From: Felis catus
Taxonomy: Eukaryota
DNA: 64,000 nucleotides
Direction of reading: 5' to 3'
NCBI RefSeq assembly: GCF_018350175.1
Contig: NC_058383.1
Location: forward strand, 28,150,001-28,214,000
Within the stretch, counting starts at the first letter, position 1. Every line of letters starts with the position of its first letter. The position numbers and the translations under genes were made by a program. Below are positions 22,976 to 36,795 of this stretch, one piece after another. Below the pieces are notes generated by a model. The model was given only the letters and a program-made list of their open reading frames with translations, was not told the origin of the DNA and searched no databases.

Positions 22976-24414
22976 GTCTGACATTTGGGAGAAGGGACAC
23001 ACTGGGCGGCAAGCTGGGTGGGGAGCCTGCAGGTCACGGGACTGTTGCTGGTGCAGGTACGGGGAGATGAGGAGGGGACGGAGGGCCTGGTGGCATGAGC
23101 CTTTCTGGTCACTCAGAGCCCTGCCTTCCTCCTGGTGCCCCCAGCCCTGTGGATGGCTGTCACACGCCTCCGGCGTCTGGGCCACAAGCCAACCATGGGT
23201 CAACTCGGACGCCTCTCTTGTTCTCACACACCGTCCCTCAGCAGATGCATCCAGAATGATGGCCCAGTCTCACCCTCACTGGGCACTCCTGCTCCTCCTG
23301 CCCTCGTCATCCCTCTCTGCTCAGAACCACAGTGGCTCGCATGTCCCCGAGAGCCGAGACCCTTGGTGGCCAGCCGTGATCTGCCTCACCTTCTGCCCCT
23401 CTGCCCTGGCTCACCCCACTCCCCCTCTGCCCTCCCCTGACCCTCAAGCTCCAACCCCACTCCCCCTCTGCCCTCCCCGACCCTCAAGCCCCACTCAGGG
23501 CCTTTGCTCCTATGGTGCTCTCTGCCTGGAACACCTTCACCCCCAGACATCCCTGCCCCCCCCCACCCCAACCCCTCACAGACCCCTGGTTACAGCAGCA
23601 ACACGCCCCTCCCCTCCATATGCACCTGTTCGGCAACTTGGCCTGCCCGTTTGCCGGATGCACCTGGCTCCTCTCTCTCTTCGGACTGAAAGCTTCCCGG
23701 CAGCAGGGAATATGCACTGATGCAGTCTCAGCTTCTAGAACAGTGCTTGGCAATCAGGAGGAGGGAGGGAGGGAGGAAGAAAGGTCTCACATAGACTGTT
23801 TCTCCAGACTTCTGTTTGGCCTCCTCTAAGGCACTGTCCACACCTGCCCCTGTGACAATGCCCCTCCTTAGTGGGACACAGGGGCCCCCGACTCCTCTGC
23901 CTGACCCCCAAGTCCCAACGTGGTGCAGCCCACCTCCCTCCCGTAGCACCCCCCCCCCACCCTCTCTGACCACGCTGCCTGCCTCTGGGTCATGCTGTCC
24001 CCTCCGCCTTCCTTCGTCCACCTCACCTACCCATTTGCACACCCAGCACCTGCTCATCATAGCTCACGGTCACTCCCACCTCCAGGAAGCCTTCCCTGTG
24101 GCACCACACCCAGGCTGGTTCAGGGCTCCGCCTCTCCCACCTCCTCCCTGGTCTGTGGGAGCTTCCCATCATTTCTGGCCCACAATGAGGGCAGAAGCTG
24201 GGGGACAGGAGGGAGAAGGCACCTGTGGGGGTCCAGGGACAAGATGACAGTGACTTGGGCCAGGACTATGGGGACAGCGATTCTGAGAGGCAGACAGCCT
24301 GGGACCTGCTGTGGAATCAAGGGCATTTGCTGAAGGTGGGGTGTGATGGTTTGGGGGGAGGAGAATTCTAGATGTTTCCCTGACCTCTTCCCCTCTTCTT
24401 CCCTCTGGTACCAG

Positions 24415-24618
24415 GAGGAGCACATGAGGCAGAAAGATTCTCGGGCACGGCTCACCAGCTGCGTCATCAGGAACATGAAGATGGTCAAATCCCATGGCTG
24501 GGAGGGAGCCTTTCTAGAAAGAGTCCTGCACATCCGGGGCCAGGAGCTGGGTGCCTTGAGGACCTCCAGCCTCCTCTTCTCTGTGTCTCTGGTGTCCTTC
24601 CAAGTGTCCACATTTCTG
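24415..24618 (+). CDS. ABCC6: ABCC6 exon 12 (204 nt)
   Basis: accag|GAGGAG...TTTCTG|gtgagg; [15 protein letters not shown]...FQVSTFL. Confidence 0.94.
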
Positions 24619-25852
24619 GTGAGGTCACTCTGATCTCTCTGCAGAGCATGGACGGAGGGAGGGAATCCTGGGGAGGGGGTGAGGTAGGCAGAACTCCCCC
24701 CTCCGCGCCCCCCCAGATCCTGGAGCCTTTCTTTGCAGACCACGCTGTCCGTTCAAACATACCTTTCCTGGATCCTTCCCAGTCAGGGATCCTTGCTTTG
24801 TGCTGAGTTAGCTGATTCTGAAGCTGGTAGTGGCTAACAAGGTCTGTCATTCTCCCGTAGAAGGTTCCAGCGTCTGAACTGTTGCTGCTTCTGGCATGGG
24901 GGGAGGCAACAGGGGCAGGTTCTGCTCAGGTAGCACCCCCGGTCCACACTGATGCCGGCTGTCAGATGGCTGCAGGGGCCCCCCTTCCCCACATCCACAC
25001 ACACTGGGCACCGTCCTGTCCTCCAGTTTATTTCACAAACTGCTGCCAGACTAGCCTTCCTAAAGCACGGCCAGCCGTGACTTCAGTCCATGCGGGGTTG
25101 CAAACAAACCTACGGTAACTCACTGCTGCATAAATAAATAATCCAAACTCTTCATAAAATAGTCAAGGCTGGTGGCAGGTGGGCCTTAATCACTTATTTC
25201 CAGAAGGATTAGACAACCCCCCTCCCCGGGGACGATCTGGAGTTACAACACAGTCATCGCTGAGAAACACAAGTAGCATTGCTTACAGCCATGAGAGCTC
25301 CCCGGATAGGGTCACTGAGTCACCATCACACCGAGCGACCATCACGGTAGGCATCATGTAGAGTGGTCAGCACACTAAGGGACCATCATATCATCACCAA
25401 GTGGCACCTAGAACTGAACTACCCCCTCCTGACATCTAGAGCCACAAATGCCCCCAACCCCCAAGGTTCTCGAGCGCTGCTGATACGTGCAACTTCAGGG
25501 TCATCTCCAAGAATTTCTAGACTCACAAGTCCCACCCATGCCTAGAACCCCCCCAAACCCTACCCAGACCGCATGCTGCAGTGTCCCCAGAGGCCTGGAA
25601 CCAAGAGTTTCTGGTCCTAGAACAGGGATCGCACACACACCTCCTTTCACTAATACGGTTGTATTTTTTCAGAGAAACACAGCTTTGTGAACCAGGAGTG
25701 AGAACTGGGGCAGGTAGCAGAATTTAGGGTGAGAACCAGACGGGCGGGAACATTCCAACGTGGCAAGGCTTGGCCAAACAGGCCCCTGGAGACGCCTGCT
25801 CAGGTTCCCGGGTTGTGCCCTCAGCTCACTGTCACTGCCCGTGTGTCCCCAG

Positions 25853-25999
25853 GTCGCACTGGCGGTGTTTGCTGTTCATTCGCTGGTGGCTGAGGAGAAT
25901 GCCATGGATGCTGAGAAAGCTTTTGTGACTCTCGTGGTTCTCAATATCCTCAACAAGGCTCAGGGTTTCCTGCCCTTCTCCATCGACTCCGTGGTCCGG
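25853..25999 (+). CDS. ABCC6: ABCC6 exon 13 (147 nt)
   Basis: cccag|GTCGCA...GTCCGG|gtgagg; [27 protein letters not shown]. Confidence 0.94.
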
Positions 26000-26279
26000 G
26001 TGAGGCGGTGGGGCGGGCAGGCCATCTGGGCAGAGACCCGCAGGGGTGTAGCAGGCAGTGCCCTGCCTCTGTGCATCCCCACACTGCCCACAGGACCGAC
26101 AGGGGAGGGAGGGAGAGGCCGGGAGGGGCAGAGGATACAAGGAATGGGCAGCAATCACTGTTCTCTTATCATGTAAAGTGTTTTTATTTCCATTCTCTTC
26201 CCTGTCTCTGCTCACACTGTGCCACCTTGGTGTGGTAGAAATGAAAGCAAGTTGCCTCGCTGAGACATCTCTATTTAAA

Positions 26280-26490
26280 TTTTTTTTTTTTTTTTGGTGT
26301 TTTAACTTATTCTTGAGACAGAGAAAAAGTGCATACTGGGGACGGGCAGAGGGAGAAAGGAAGACAGAGAATCCCAAGCAGGCTCTGCACTGTTAGCAGA
26401 GAGCCTGATGCGAGGCTTGAACTCACGAGCCACCAGATCACAACCTGAGCTGAAGCTGAACGCTTAACTGACTGAGCCACCCAGGCGCCC
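26280..26490 (-). mobile_element. Can-SINE
   Basis: Antisense head/tail, degenerate TSD. Confidence 0.88.
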
Positions 26491-26904
26491 TGAGGTGTCC
26501 CTATTCAAATGCCGCCTCCTTCGTTCCCAGAGATGGTTTTAGGGCTGAGAGCAGAGAGGGTTCCCCTAGGTGGACAGAGTCTGGAACCATTTCCAATAAT
26601 GGTCTGATGACCCCCTTAGAAAAGCCACCATCTCCTTCCGGGGTCTGATCTGCAGAATGGCAGCCCAAGTGTCCCTACTATGCTAATTAGGGGTGAGGAG
26701 ACGGGAGGTCACCACCGTCATCGTCGTCACCACCTCCGTGTGCACAGTTTCCCGTGGCCTGGAAAGCCTTGTGTTAAAGCTTTGCAAATGCATCAGGCTT
26801 GGGAGACCGGAAGGTTTTCCATATCCCGAGGCACCAGGCACCTGAAGCCTGAGTTCGTTTTTTGCTCTTTGGGCACCAGTGACCTGAGGCTTTGGTTTCC
26901 CCAG

Positions 26905-26992
26905 GCCCGGGTGTCCTTGGACCGTCTGGCCGCCTTCCTCTGCCTGGAAGAAGTTGACCCTGGGGCTGTGGACTCAAGTCCCTCCAGACGCT
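26905..26992 (+). CDS. ABCC6: ABCC6 exon 14 (88 nt)
   Basis: cccag|GCCCGG...CGCT|gtgagt; ARVSLDRLAAFLCLEEVDPG. Confidence 0.93.
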
Positions 26993-27378
26993 GTGAGTGC
27001 GGAGTTCAGCAGGAGGGGGATGGGAGGGATAAGAGGACCGGTTCCCGCGGTCCATCGACCAAAAGCCAGGGTCCCAGCTGGGGCTGCTGGTGACAGGATG
27101 GCACGTGCAGATCAGGTCACCAGCCGTGCAATGTGGAAACGGGCACGGTGACACTTTCTGCCGGTCATTCAGTGGCTACCCGTGCCCACTGATGGCGCGT
27201 CAGTCTGGGTTACAGCAGCCAACCCTCTAACAGCCCAGGTCCTCGCCCTCGTGCGGGAAGTCTGGGGAGACAAACACGGTGACGTGTTCGTCGAGCTGGG
27301 AAATAAAGTCGGAGAGGTTACGGGCACCCTTGTGTGATGAGGTTCTCCAAGCACAGGTTGTCTGGGTTTGCCCTCCAG

Positions 27379-27454
27379 CTGCTGGGGACACGTGCATCAG
27401 CGTGCACAACGGCACCTTCGCCTGGTCCCGAGAAGGCACCCTCTGCCTGCGCAG
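27379..27454 (+). CDS. ABCC6: ABCC6 exon 15 (76 nt)
   Basis: tccag|CTGCTG...CGCAG|gtacag; AGDTCISVHNGTFAWSRE. Confidence 0.92.
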
Positions 27455-28227
27455 GTACAGCATGGCTTCTCCGCAAACTGCCTTCCCGGGGTCGGGAGGA
27501 CGATGCGAGAGCCGCCGCGGTGTCCCGTGTGAGAGACGATGCAGGCTTCCCGCGGGGTGGGGGGGGGGGGAGAGGGGCTGGAGGGCGGGCTCACCCACGC
27601 CGCTGTTGTCAGGGAGGTTGGGACCAGCCCTGGCAGCGAGTTTGGGGGAAGCAAGACTCCTGGGGATGGAGGAACGGTGAATCAGCCTCCCCGGTCGGGG
27701 AGGGAACACCTCCCTGGTCCCCGCTCCCCACACTGGCCAAGATGACACCAAGGGAGGCCTAGCGGACAGGCCCCCAAGACCCCGTCAGCCACATCTGCTT
27801 CTCTCTCTCCTCTGTTAGCTCCCAGGTCATTGCCACCTGCAGCCCCCACTTTCGGTGGGGTCTTTGTGGCAGAAAACCCCAGCCAGCCCCAAAACTCTGT
27901 AAGAAGGGAAAGAAAATATCCTGGGGGGTATTCATGTCGATTGCCATTCACTCCCCTCGTAGTATTTATTAAACGCTTGCTATGTGCCAGCCCCTGCTGT
28001 AGGCTCTGGGGACAGAGTGAAGGAAACGCGCAAGGGCCCTGCTTTCTTGGGGCCGACGTGATGGGGGCACACAAATGAGAAAGGGTAAGGGTGTGATGTC
28101 GAGGGAGGGGCATGTGTAGTGAGGTCATAATGAAGAGAAGGAATGAGCCTTGCGGGTGTCTGGAAGAAGAGCTTTCTAGTGGTAGGGACAGCAAGTACAA
28201 AGGTCCTGAGGCAGGAGTGTGCCTAGA

Positions 28228-28421
28228 CCAAGGTTTCTCCACGTCAGCACTATTGACATTGAGGACTGCAGAATTCTTTGTCGTAGGGGCTGTGCTATGC
28301 ATTGGAGGATGGTTAGCAAGACCCCCAGTATCTGCCCACTAGCTTCTAGCAGCAACCACCCACCAGGTGTGACAAATGACACTTGGGGAGGGGCACAGTG
28401 CCTCCTACTTGAGAACCACTG
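28228..28421. mobile_element. MER20-like MITE
   Basis: cagcactattgacatt...ggggctgtgctatgcattg...ttgagaaccactg. Confidence 0.7.
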
Positions 28422-28754
28422 TCCTACTCTCTTTGAGAAGAAGCAGGAGGTCAGCGTGGCTGAGGCCGAGTGGCTAAGGGACAGAGCAGTGGGAGGTCGG
28501 ACATACTTCGTGAATTGTCGGGATGCTTTACCTTTTATGCTGAGTGACATGGGAACCGCTGGAGGCTTCAGCGAGGAGGCATCATGATCCCACTTTTAAC
28601 GGGTTTTAACGGGTCCTTCTGGCCACGGGGTGGAAGATGGGCTACAGCACATGAGCAGGGGTGGAGGGCAAGGGCAGAAGCAGGGAGAGTGGTGAAGAGC
28701 CTACTGTAATACCCTGGACAAGAGGCAAGGCTGGTTAGACCCTCCTGCCACAAT

Positions 28755-29740
<986 letters not shown>

Positions 29741-30143
29741 TGAGGGTCTCGGGGCCTTCTTGTGGCAGGAAGGCATCGGAGCTCTGGGCCATTTGTCTCC
29801 CTGGCATGTGGGCCGTGTGGTGGCAGGGACAAAGAGGACACAAGGAAGCAGCAAAGTGGGACAGACGAAGCGAGTTTAGTTCAGGGCCAAACCTGTAATA
29901 AATGCTCAATAAATAGTTGTTAACGAGTGAATGATTGAAAATAGAGACCGAGGCAGAGACCTGTGGCAGGGTTTGGAGGCGAGGGCTCTCAGCGACTAGG
30001 AGTGAGGAGACCTGGGCTCCTGTCCTGCCCTGCTTTTCTGGGTGACATTGGTCAAATAGCTTTTCCTTTCTGGGCTTCACCATAGGGTCTGGGGCAGAGA
30101 TGTCCAAAAGACAGGATATATGCATCTGGAGCTACAGATTGGG

Positions 30144-30336
30144 CAGGGGTCAGCAAACGATGACCCACAGGTCAAGTCCAGTCCGTCACGTGTTTTTGTA
30201 AATGAGGTCTTATGGGAATACAGTGACGCCCGTTCATTTAATGGCGGTCCATGGCTGCTTTTGCATAACAGGAGCAGAGACCAGGGTTAACATAGTTACT
30301 GTCTGGCCCCTTACGGAAAAAGTTTGCTAGCCTCTG
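30144..30336. mobile_element. MER58A-like MITE
   Basis: TIRs caggggtcagcaaac / gtttgctagcctctg. Confidence 0.75.
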
Positions 30337-31444
30337 GATTAGGCAGTTGAGAGTGAAAAACTAGGAGCTGCCATTAAGGAAATGAGTGGGTTTCCAGAGA
30401 GAAGAGGAAAGGGCCCAGGACAGGGTCTGGAGGAGTCCCTGTGTGGCCTGAGCCATAAAGAGCGGCTGACAAGGAGTATCCAGGGAGGAGGATGGGTGTC
30501 CTGGAGGCCAAGGGAGGGTGTGTTCCAGAAAGAAGGAGTACTTGCTGCCCTCCCTCTGTGACCAGCTGTCACATCCTAAACCAGACATGTGCGCTCCCAA
30601 AACTTGCCCACCCCCATCCCCGGTGATGGGAGCTGCATCCCTCCAGAGCTCGGATCCCAAACCTTGGTATCATTCTTGGTTCTCCTCTCTTTCATACACC
30701 CATACATCTAATCCATCAGCAAATCCTGTTGAGTCCACCTTCAGAGAGGACCCAGAGTGTCCTGGCATCATCCACCATCAACTCCCCCCCTACGTGGCTG
30801 CCCTGCTTTCTTCTGTCGTCACGCCTGATAGCTTAAGCCCAGTGTGGTAGCCAAAGGGATTCTGTTCATGCCTAAGTCAGACCTCATCCTTTCTCTGCTT
30901 GGGAATCTTCCAAGGTCTTCCCATCTCTCTCAGAGTCAAAGCCAAAGTCCTGATAGTCTGCAACAAGTCTTCTCAAGGTTTGGCCCCACTCATCTCTCCA
31001 GCCCCATCCTATCATGCTCCCCCTTTCCTGTTTCACTCCAGCCACATGGATCTCCATATGTTCATTACACACCCAAAGCATGCTCCCACCCTGAGGTGCT
31101 CTTCTCTCTGCCGGGGATCCACGTGGTTCATCCCTCACTCCCATCGGGTCTCAACCCAAACGTCCCCTTAGTGGAGAGGCTTTACCTGACTGCCACCCCC
31201 AGCACAGCAACCCTGTTCATGCTGGTACAACATACACGCTAATTCTGCTTAATTCTTCATAGCACATAACATCTTCTGATAGGTGATAGATTTGATTTGT
31301 TTATTAATTACATGTCTCCCACCCTACCCTCATTAGAGTGCAAGATCCATGAGAGCAGGGACTGGGTTTTGTTCATTATGGTATCCCCAGAGCCTAGGAC
31401 ACTGGGTGTAGTAGCCATGTGGAACATATGAGTGGAGTGGAGCG

Positions 31445-31533
31445 GAAGGAAGGAAGAGAAAAAGAAAAGAAAAGGAGAGAGAGGAAGGAAGGAAAGAAAG
31501 AGAAATAGAAAGAAAAGAAAGAAAGAAAGAAAG

Positions 31534-31588
<55 letters not shown>

Positions 31589-31655
31589 AAAAGAAAAAGA
31601 AAAAGAAAAAGAAAAAGAAAGAAAGAAAGAGAAAGAAAGAAAGAAAAAGAAAATA
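31445..31655. repeat. (GAAA)n/(GAAAAA)n polypurine tract
   Basis: About 210 bp almost purely A/G. Confidence 0.95.
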
Positions 31656-31853
31656 AGGTTGGGCAACCAGAGAAATGACTGGTGTCCTGAGGGAGGCAGT
31701 ATCATACGGTGGAGAAGCGAGAAGAGAAGCCAGACTCAAGGAGAAGTGAGCCGGAGGAGAGAAGGTCGCTTCCCCCAGGCAGCTTGGCTGGAAGGGGACA
31801 GGCGAGGCTGGGTGGAGGCTGGTGGGGACGCTGGTTCGAGAGCAAGTGTTTGA

Positions 31854-32183
<330 letters not shown>

Positions 32184-32521
32184 TAGTGGTCAGCTTTTGC
32201 TCTGACAATGCTGCCTAACAAACACCCCCCCGATCCCTGTGGCTTGCGACAGCAGTCATTTCTTGCTCATGGGTCCGCGGTTAAACTACTCCAGCCGTAC
32301 CTCAGGTCACCGGCCAGGTTCAGGGAAACCCTGTGTCTTCTTGTTTCAAGACACAGGTTGAAGGAGCCCCTCTATTTCTCCACCGGAACATAGAGAAGGT
32401 GGGAGGGCAAGAAGGGGAGCTCCTCCCACACACGGCCCCAGGACGCTGCCTGCCCCTGAGCCCCCAGCTCTGGATGACTGGTCAAACACAGCAGTGTAAC
32501 CTCTACCCCTTCTTTTCCCAG

Positions 32522-32696
32522 ACACGGATTCTCGTGACCCACGCACTCCACGTCCTGCCCCAGGCTGATTGGATCGTGGTGCTGGAAGACGGAGCCATTG
32601 CAGAGATGGGTTCCTACCAGGAGCTTCTACGCAGGAAGGGGGCCCTGGTGGGCCTTCTGGATGCAGCCAGAAGGCCAGGAGATAGAGGAGATGGAG
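32522..32696 (+). CDS. ABCC6: ABCC6 exon 19 (175 nt)
   Basis: cccag|ACACGG...GGAG|gtacgg; [21 protein letters not shown]. Confidence 0.95.
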
Positions 32697-34031
32697 GTAC
32701 GGGTGGGCTTTGCTGGTTCTCTGTTGCCGGGATCCTGCCCCCCCTTGAGGAGAAGGCTCCAAGGATCCCACGGGCATGCCTGGAAGGCTCTGGCCACACC
32801 CTTCCTGGGAGCCCAGACCTGGAAGCAGACAGCTCTCTGAGAGGCCACCCAACCCCCCAGTTAGAGCGAGCGACACCTTCTGTGAGCCAAGGAGAGTGCT
32901 AAGTTCATTGGGTCTGTCTTATGAGGCATGTGCCCTTTTGGTCGCCATTTTACTAATGAACAAACTGGGGCAAAGGCAAGTACTTTTTCTGAGGTCACGA
33001 CATTAGAACTTGGGTGTGTTCAAATCTGGAGTGTTCAAGTCCTAACTGCTGCAGAGGCTGAGCAAATGGTCATTTGGTGGCTAGAGGCCAGAAGGCCCAC
33101 AACACGCCAGCTAGGGCTTCTAATAACCAGAAAATACCATGGCTTCTGGAAAACCGATAACGCATTGGGAGTGACGTCACTGATCCAAGCTCACCCATGG
33201 TGGGTGATAAGGACCCCCGTGGCACCTCACATACATTAGCTCATTTAATCATCGCGGTGCCTCTGTGAGGTCAGTGCTGTAATTATGTCCATTTAACAGG
33301 TGAGAAAACTGAGGCCCAGAAGTGAAGGAACTAGCCCAAGTTTACATGGCTTATAGGTGGCAGTGCTGGGATTTGAACCCAAGCAACTTGACTCCAGAGC
33401 ATGTGCTTTTTCATCAGTAGACTGTAGGCTGCTCCCCCGCCCCCGGCTCACCCCCAACCCCCACCACCATGGAAAAGCAAGGACCCACAGCCAGGTGCCC
33501 CCAGAAAAGGCTCTGCCTTTTCTGAAAACATCTGTTGCACAGAACAGGGGCTCACCCTGGTAAAAGTCCTAAGCGTCAACTCCCAGTATTATCATCCTGG
33601 AGCTCGAAGATGGGGCCTGCCCAACCTGGAGGATGGTCAGAGGCAGGCTCCTTCCTGAGGAAGGTGACCCCTGAGGTTGGGTGCGAGTTGCCTAGAAAAG
33701 AACATTCCAGAAACAAGAAACTGCTCATGCAAGGCTGTCGGGGGAGACCGGAGAGGTTTGCCTTGTGCAGTGTTTGCTACCGTTTTCCAGCCCCAAGTTC
33801 ATAGCAGGTGCGCAATTATATTTGCTAAGTGAATGAGCGCACGAATGAGTGATTCAATGACTAATGGTCCCAGAAGAACCCAGGGAGGATTGAGAGAGGT
33901 TGCAGGAGCCAGATCATGGGAAACAGATGCTCAGACAAGTTAAGGCCATACAGCCGGTGGGTGTCAATGCCCGCGTTTGGACCCCGATTACTGGCCCCCC
34001 ATCACACGACAAGACTCCTTTGACCTTGCAG

Positions 34032-34107
34032 AAACAGAACTCACAACTGATGCCAAGGACCCCAGAGACCCTGCTGGAAGTGGGAGGCCCGAGGGTGGAC
34101 CCGAGAG
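34032..34107 (+). CDS. ABCC6: ABCC6 exon 20 (76 nt), linker
   Basis: tgcag|AAACAG...GAGAG|gtgagt; phase 1 to 2 links exons 19 and 21; TELTTDAKDPRDPAGSGRPEGGPE. Confidence 0.85.
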
Positions 34108-35540
34108 GTGAGTCCGCCGCGGTGCTGAGCGTGGGGAGGGCGCAGGCTGAGGCTGTAAAAGCATTGCTGGGTCAGCACCCGCAGCGCAGGCAGGTCAGGG
34201 CGGCCAGAACCATTCTGGACCTCACAGATGCTGAGTGCCCGCTCTGGGGGCCAGACCAGCCGAAAGCTGTTTGGTCTTCAATGGGCCAAAGTGGTTAAGT
34301 CCTCATGTGGCCAGTTCATAGCAGGACCAGTTTGCCCTCAAATATGATGAATGCCCTAAAGTTTGTTAGGTTGTCTCATTGCCAGAGAGGGGCAGGGCTG
34401 GTGCCAGAGAAAGATCCTCGCCATAGCTGTTAATGATGTGCCCAGCCCTGTCGTTCGTCATGCTTTTTCAGGCTTGCTACACGAAGGGCTTGAGTCTACA
34501 CGCGTGGGATCACTTGTTACAGGCCAGAACACACGCGTGGGGGTTCACCAGGAGGCCTGCTGTCCCCTCATCCCCAGCCCCTTCTAGACAGGCCATAGCT
34601 GGACTCATTGTGGGGCTGTCTGCAGCCCTGGAACCTTGCCACCTGGTACTCACCCTTTTTATGGAAAGTGACCTTGTCAACAGCAGACCACTGGGCAGTG
34701 GACACAGTGCGAGCTTAGGTGACAGTTGTTGGGGGGCTCCTGGGGTACTGTGAGGGTCCTTGGTCCCTGGGGAATGTAGAGGCTGAGCACAGCTCCTCTC
34801 CATGCCAGGTAGCCACCCCGAGCCCTCCTGGGTCTTACACTGGGCAATCCCACTTGTCCTCACTGTGCACAATAATCCCAAGATCAGATAGATGATATAG
34901 GCAGGTAGGCAGAGAGAGAGAGAGAGAGATGACAGATTGATGAATGATGGATGAGTGGATGATTGATTGGTAGCTAGGCAGACCGACATAGACTAACCCC
35001 ATTTTACAGCTGAGGAAACTGAGGCACAGACAGGATACGTCAGCTGCCCACGGTTTCACAGTCACCAGATGGCAATTCACATTTAAGTTTAAGGCAGCCC
35101 CCTCATCCGCAGACGAAAGGAAGATACAAGAAGTCCTCAACATTTGAATTGCACAAAACTGACCCTCTTCCAAGGTGGACTAACAGATCTGAGGGTAAAC
35201 AGCAGGGGCAAAATGACCATAGCAATGCTTAGGCCAAAAGGAAAACTCTGAAAAACAGGTCCCAAAGTTGAGTAAATAAGTTCATTCAATGAAACAGCAT
35301 CGGGAGAACAGGCTTGCTCGCCTCTGGGGAAGGAGATGGCATTTAGCTGGGCACCGTGGAGGGAGGACGGAGCGCGATGCCCCGTGGTGCTCCATATGCT
35401 GGTTGTATGAGTGAGCGAAGGAATGAATGAGTGAAGAGTGTATGTCAGAGGTCACCGGCTCCCAGTGGCCATGAGGGTTGGGTGCGCACACACCCCCTGG
35501 ACAGAGACGCTGACTTGTCTTCATTTCCTCTCAGTGACAG

Positions 35541-35664
35541 GTCCATGAAGTTGTTGGTCTCTGAGAAGGACAGAGCCACTTCAGAGGCCCAGCCAGGGGC
35601 TCCCCTGGATGATCCAGAGTGGGCAGGATGGTCAACAGGAGAGGATGGCATCCAGTATGGCAGG
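35541..35664 (+). CDS. ABCC6: ABCC6 exon 21 (124 nt), linker
   Basis: gacag|GTCCAT...GGCAGG|gtaacc; SMKLLVSEKDRATSEAQPGAPLDDP...IQYGR; alternative acceptor 6 nt upstream possible. Confidence 0.85.
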
Positions 35665-36094
35665 GTAACCCCCAGCTGCTCCCTCTCCTCTACGTCCACT
35701 GCTACAGCTACGCACTCCCCGGGGCCCAAGACCTCCCATCAGATACAGTGCTGGGCAGGGAGACGGGGTGGGGGAGACTCACTTTACCGGACACCTACTG
35801 TGTGCCACGTTGCACTCTGGACACTTCACGTTTCTTAATGCTCACAACCACCCCAAAATTAGATGGTGACAGCTCCATTTTAGAAATGAAGAAACTGAGG
35901 TCTTAAAGAGTTTGTCTGCGTTCTCAGAGCTAGCAAGGGACTTAAATCAAGGTTGCTCAGAGCAAGCAACCTAGGACTTAAATCTAGGTCAGTCAGAATC
36001 TAAAGTTTGTACTATTTCATTTCTTCTATGATGCTTTGTCCACCCCTCCTTTCACCTACCTACTTTTTCATTTCTCTGTCTGCCTACTTTTCCA

Positions 36095-36795
36095 TTCATT
36101 CACCACCCACCCCATCCATCCTACTCACCCATCCAGCCACCTACCCATCTACTCACTCATCTATCCATCTCACCTACCCTCTCACCCATTCACTCATCCA
36201 GCCATTCACCCATCCACCTACCATCCATCCATCTACCCATCTTCCATCCATCCATTCATCTATCCACTTATCCACCCACCCATCCATCTACCCACCTTCG
36301 ATCTATCTACTCATCCACCCACTTATCCATCTATCCATCCATCCACCCACTTATCCACCCATCCATCTACCCACTTTTCCACCCATCCATCTACCCACCT
36401 TCCATCTATCCACCCATCCACCCACCTTCCATCTGTTCATCCATCCACCTACTTATCCACCCATCCATCCATCTACTCATCTTCCATCCATCCATCTATC
36501 CATTCCACCCACCCATCCACCCACCCACTTTTCCACCCATCCATCTACCCACCTTCCATCTATCCACCCATCCACCCACCCATCCATCTACCCACCTTCC
36601 ATCTGTCCACTCATCCACCCACTTATCCATCTATCCATCCATCCACCCACTTAACCATCCAGAATCCATCCATCCACTCATCTGTTCATCTGCTCTTCTA
36701 TGACTCACTCATTTATTTATCCATCCACCCATCTACCCTTTCATTCACTCAACTACCCATCATCCCACCCAACCATCCACCTACTCATCCACCCA
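36095..36795. repeat. (CCAT/CCAC)n degenerate tetranucleotide array
   Basis: About 700 bp nearly G-free on + strand. Confidence 0.93.
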
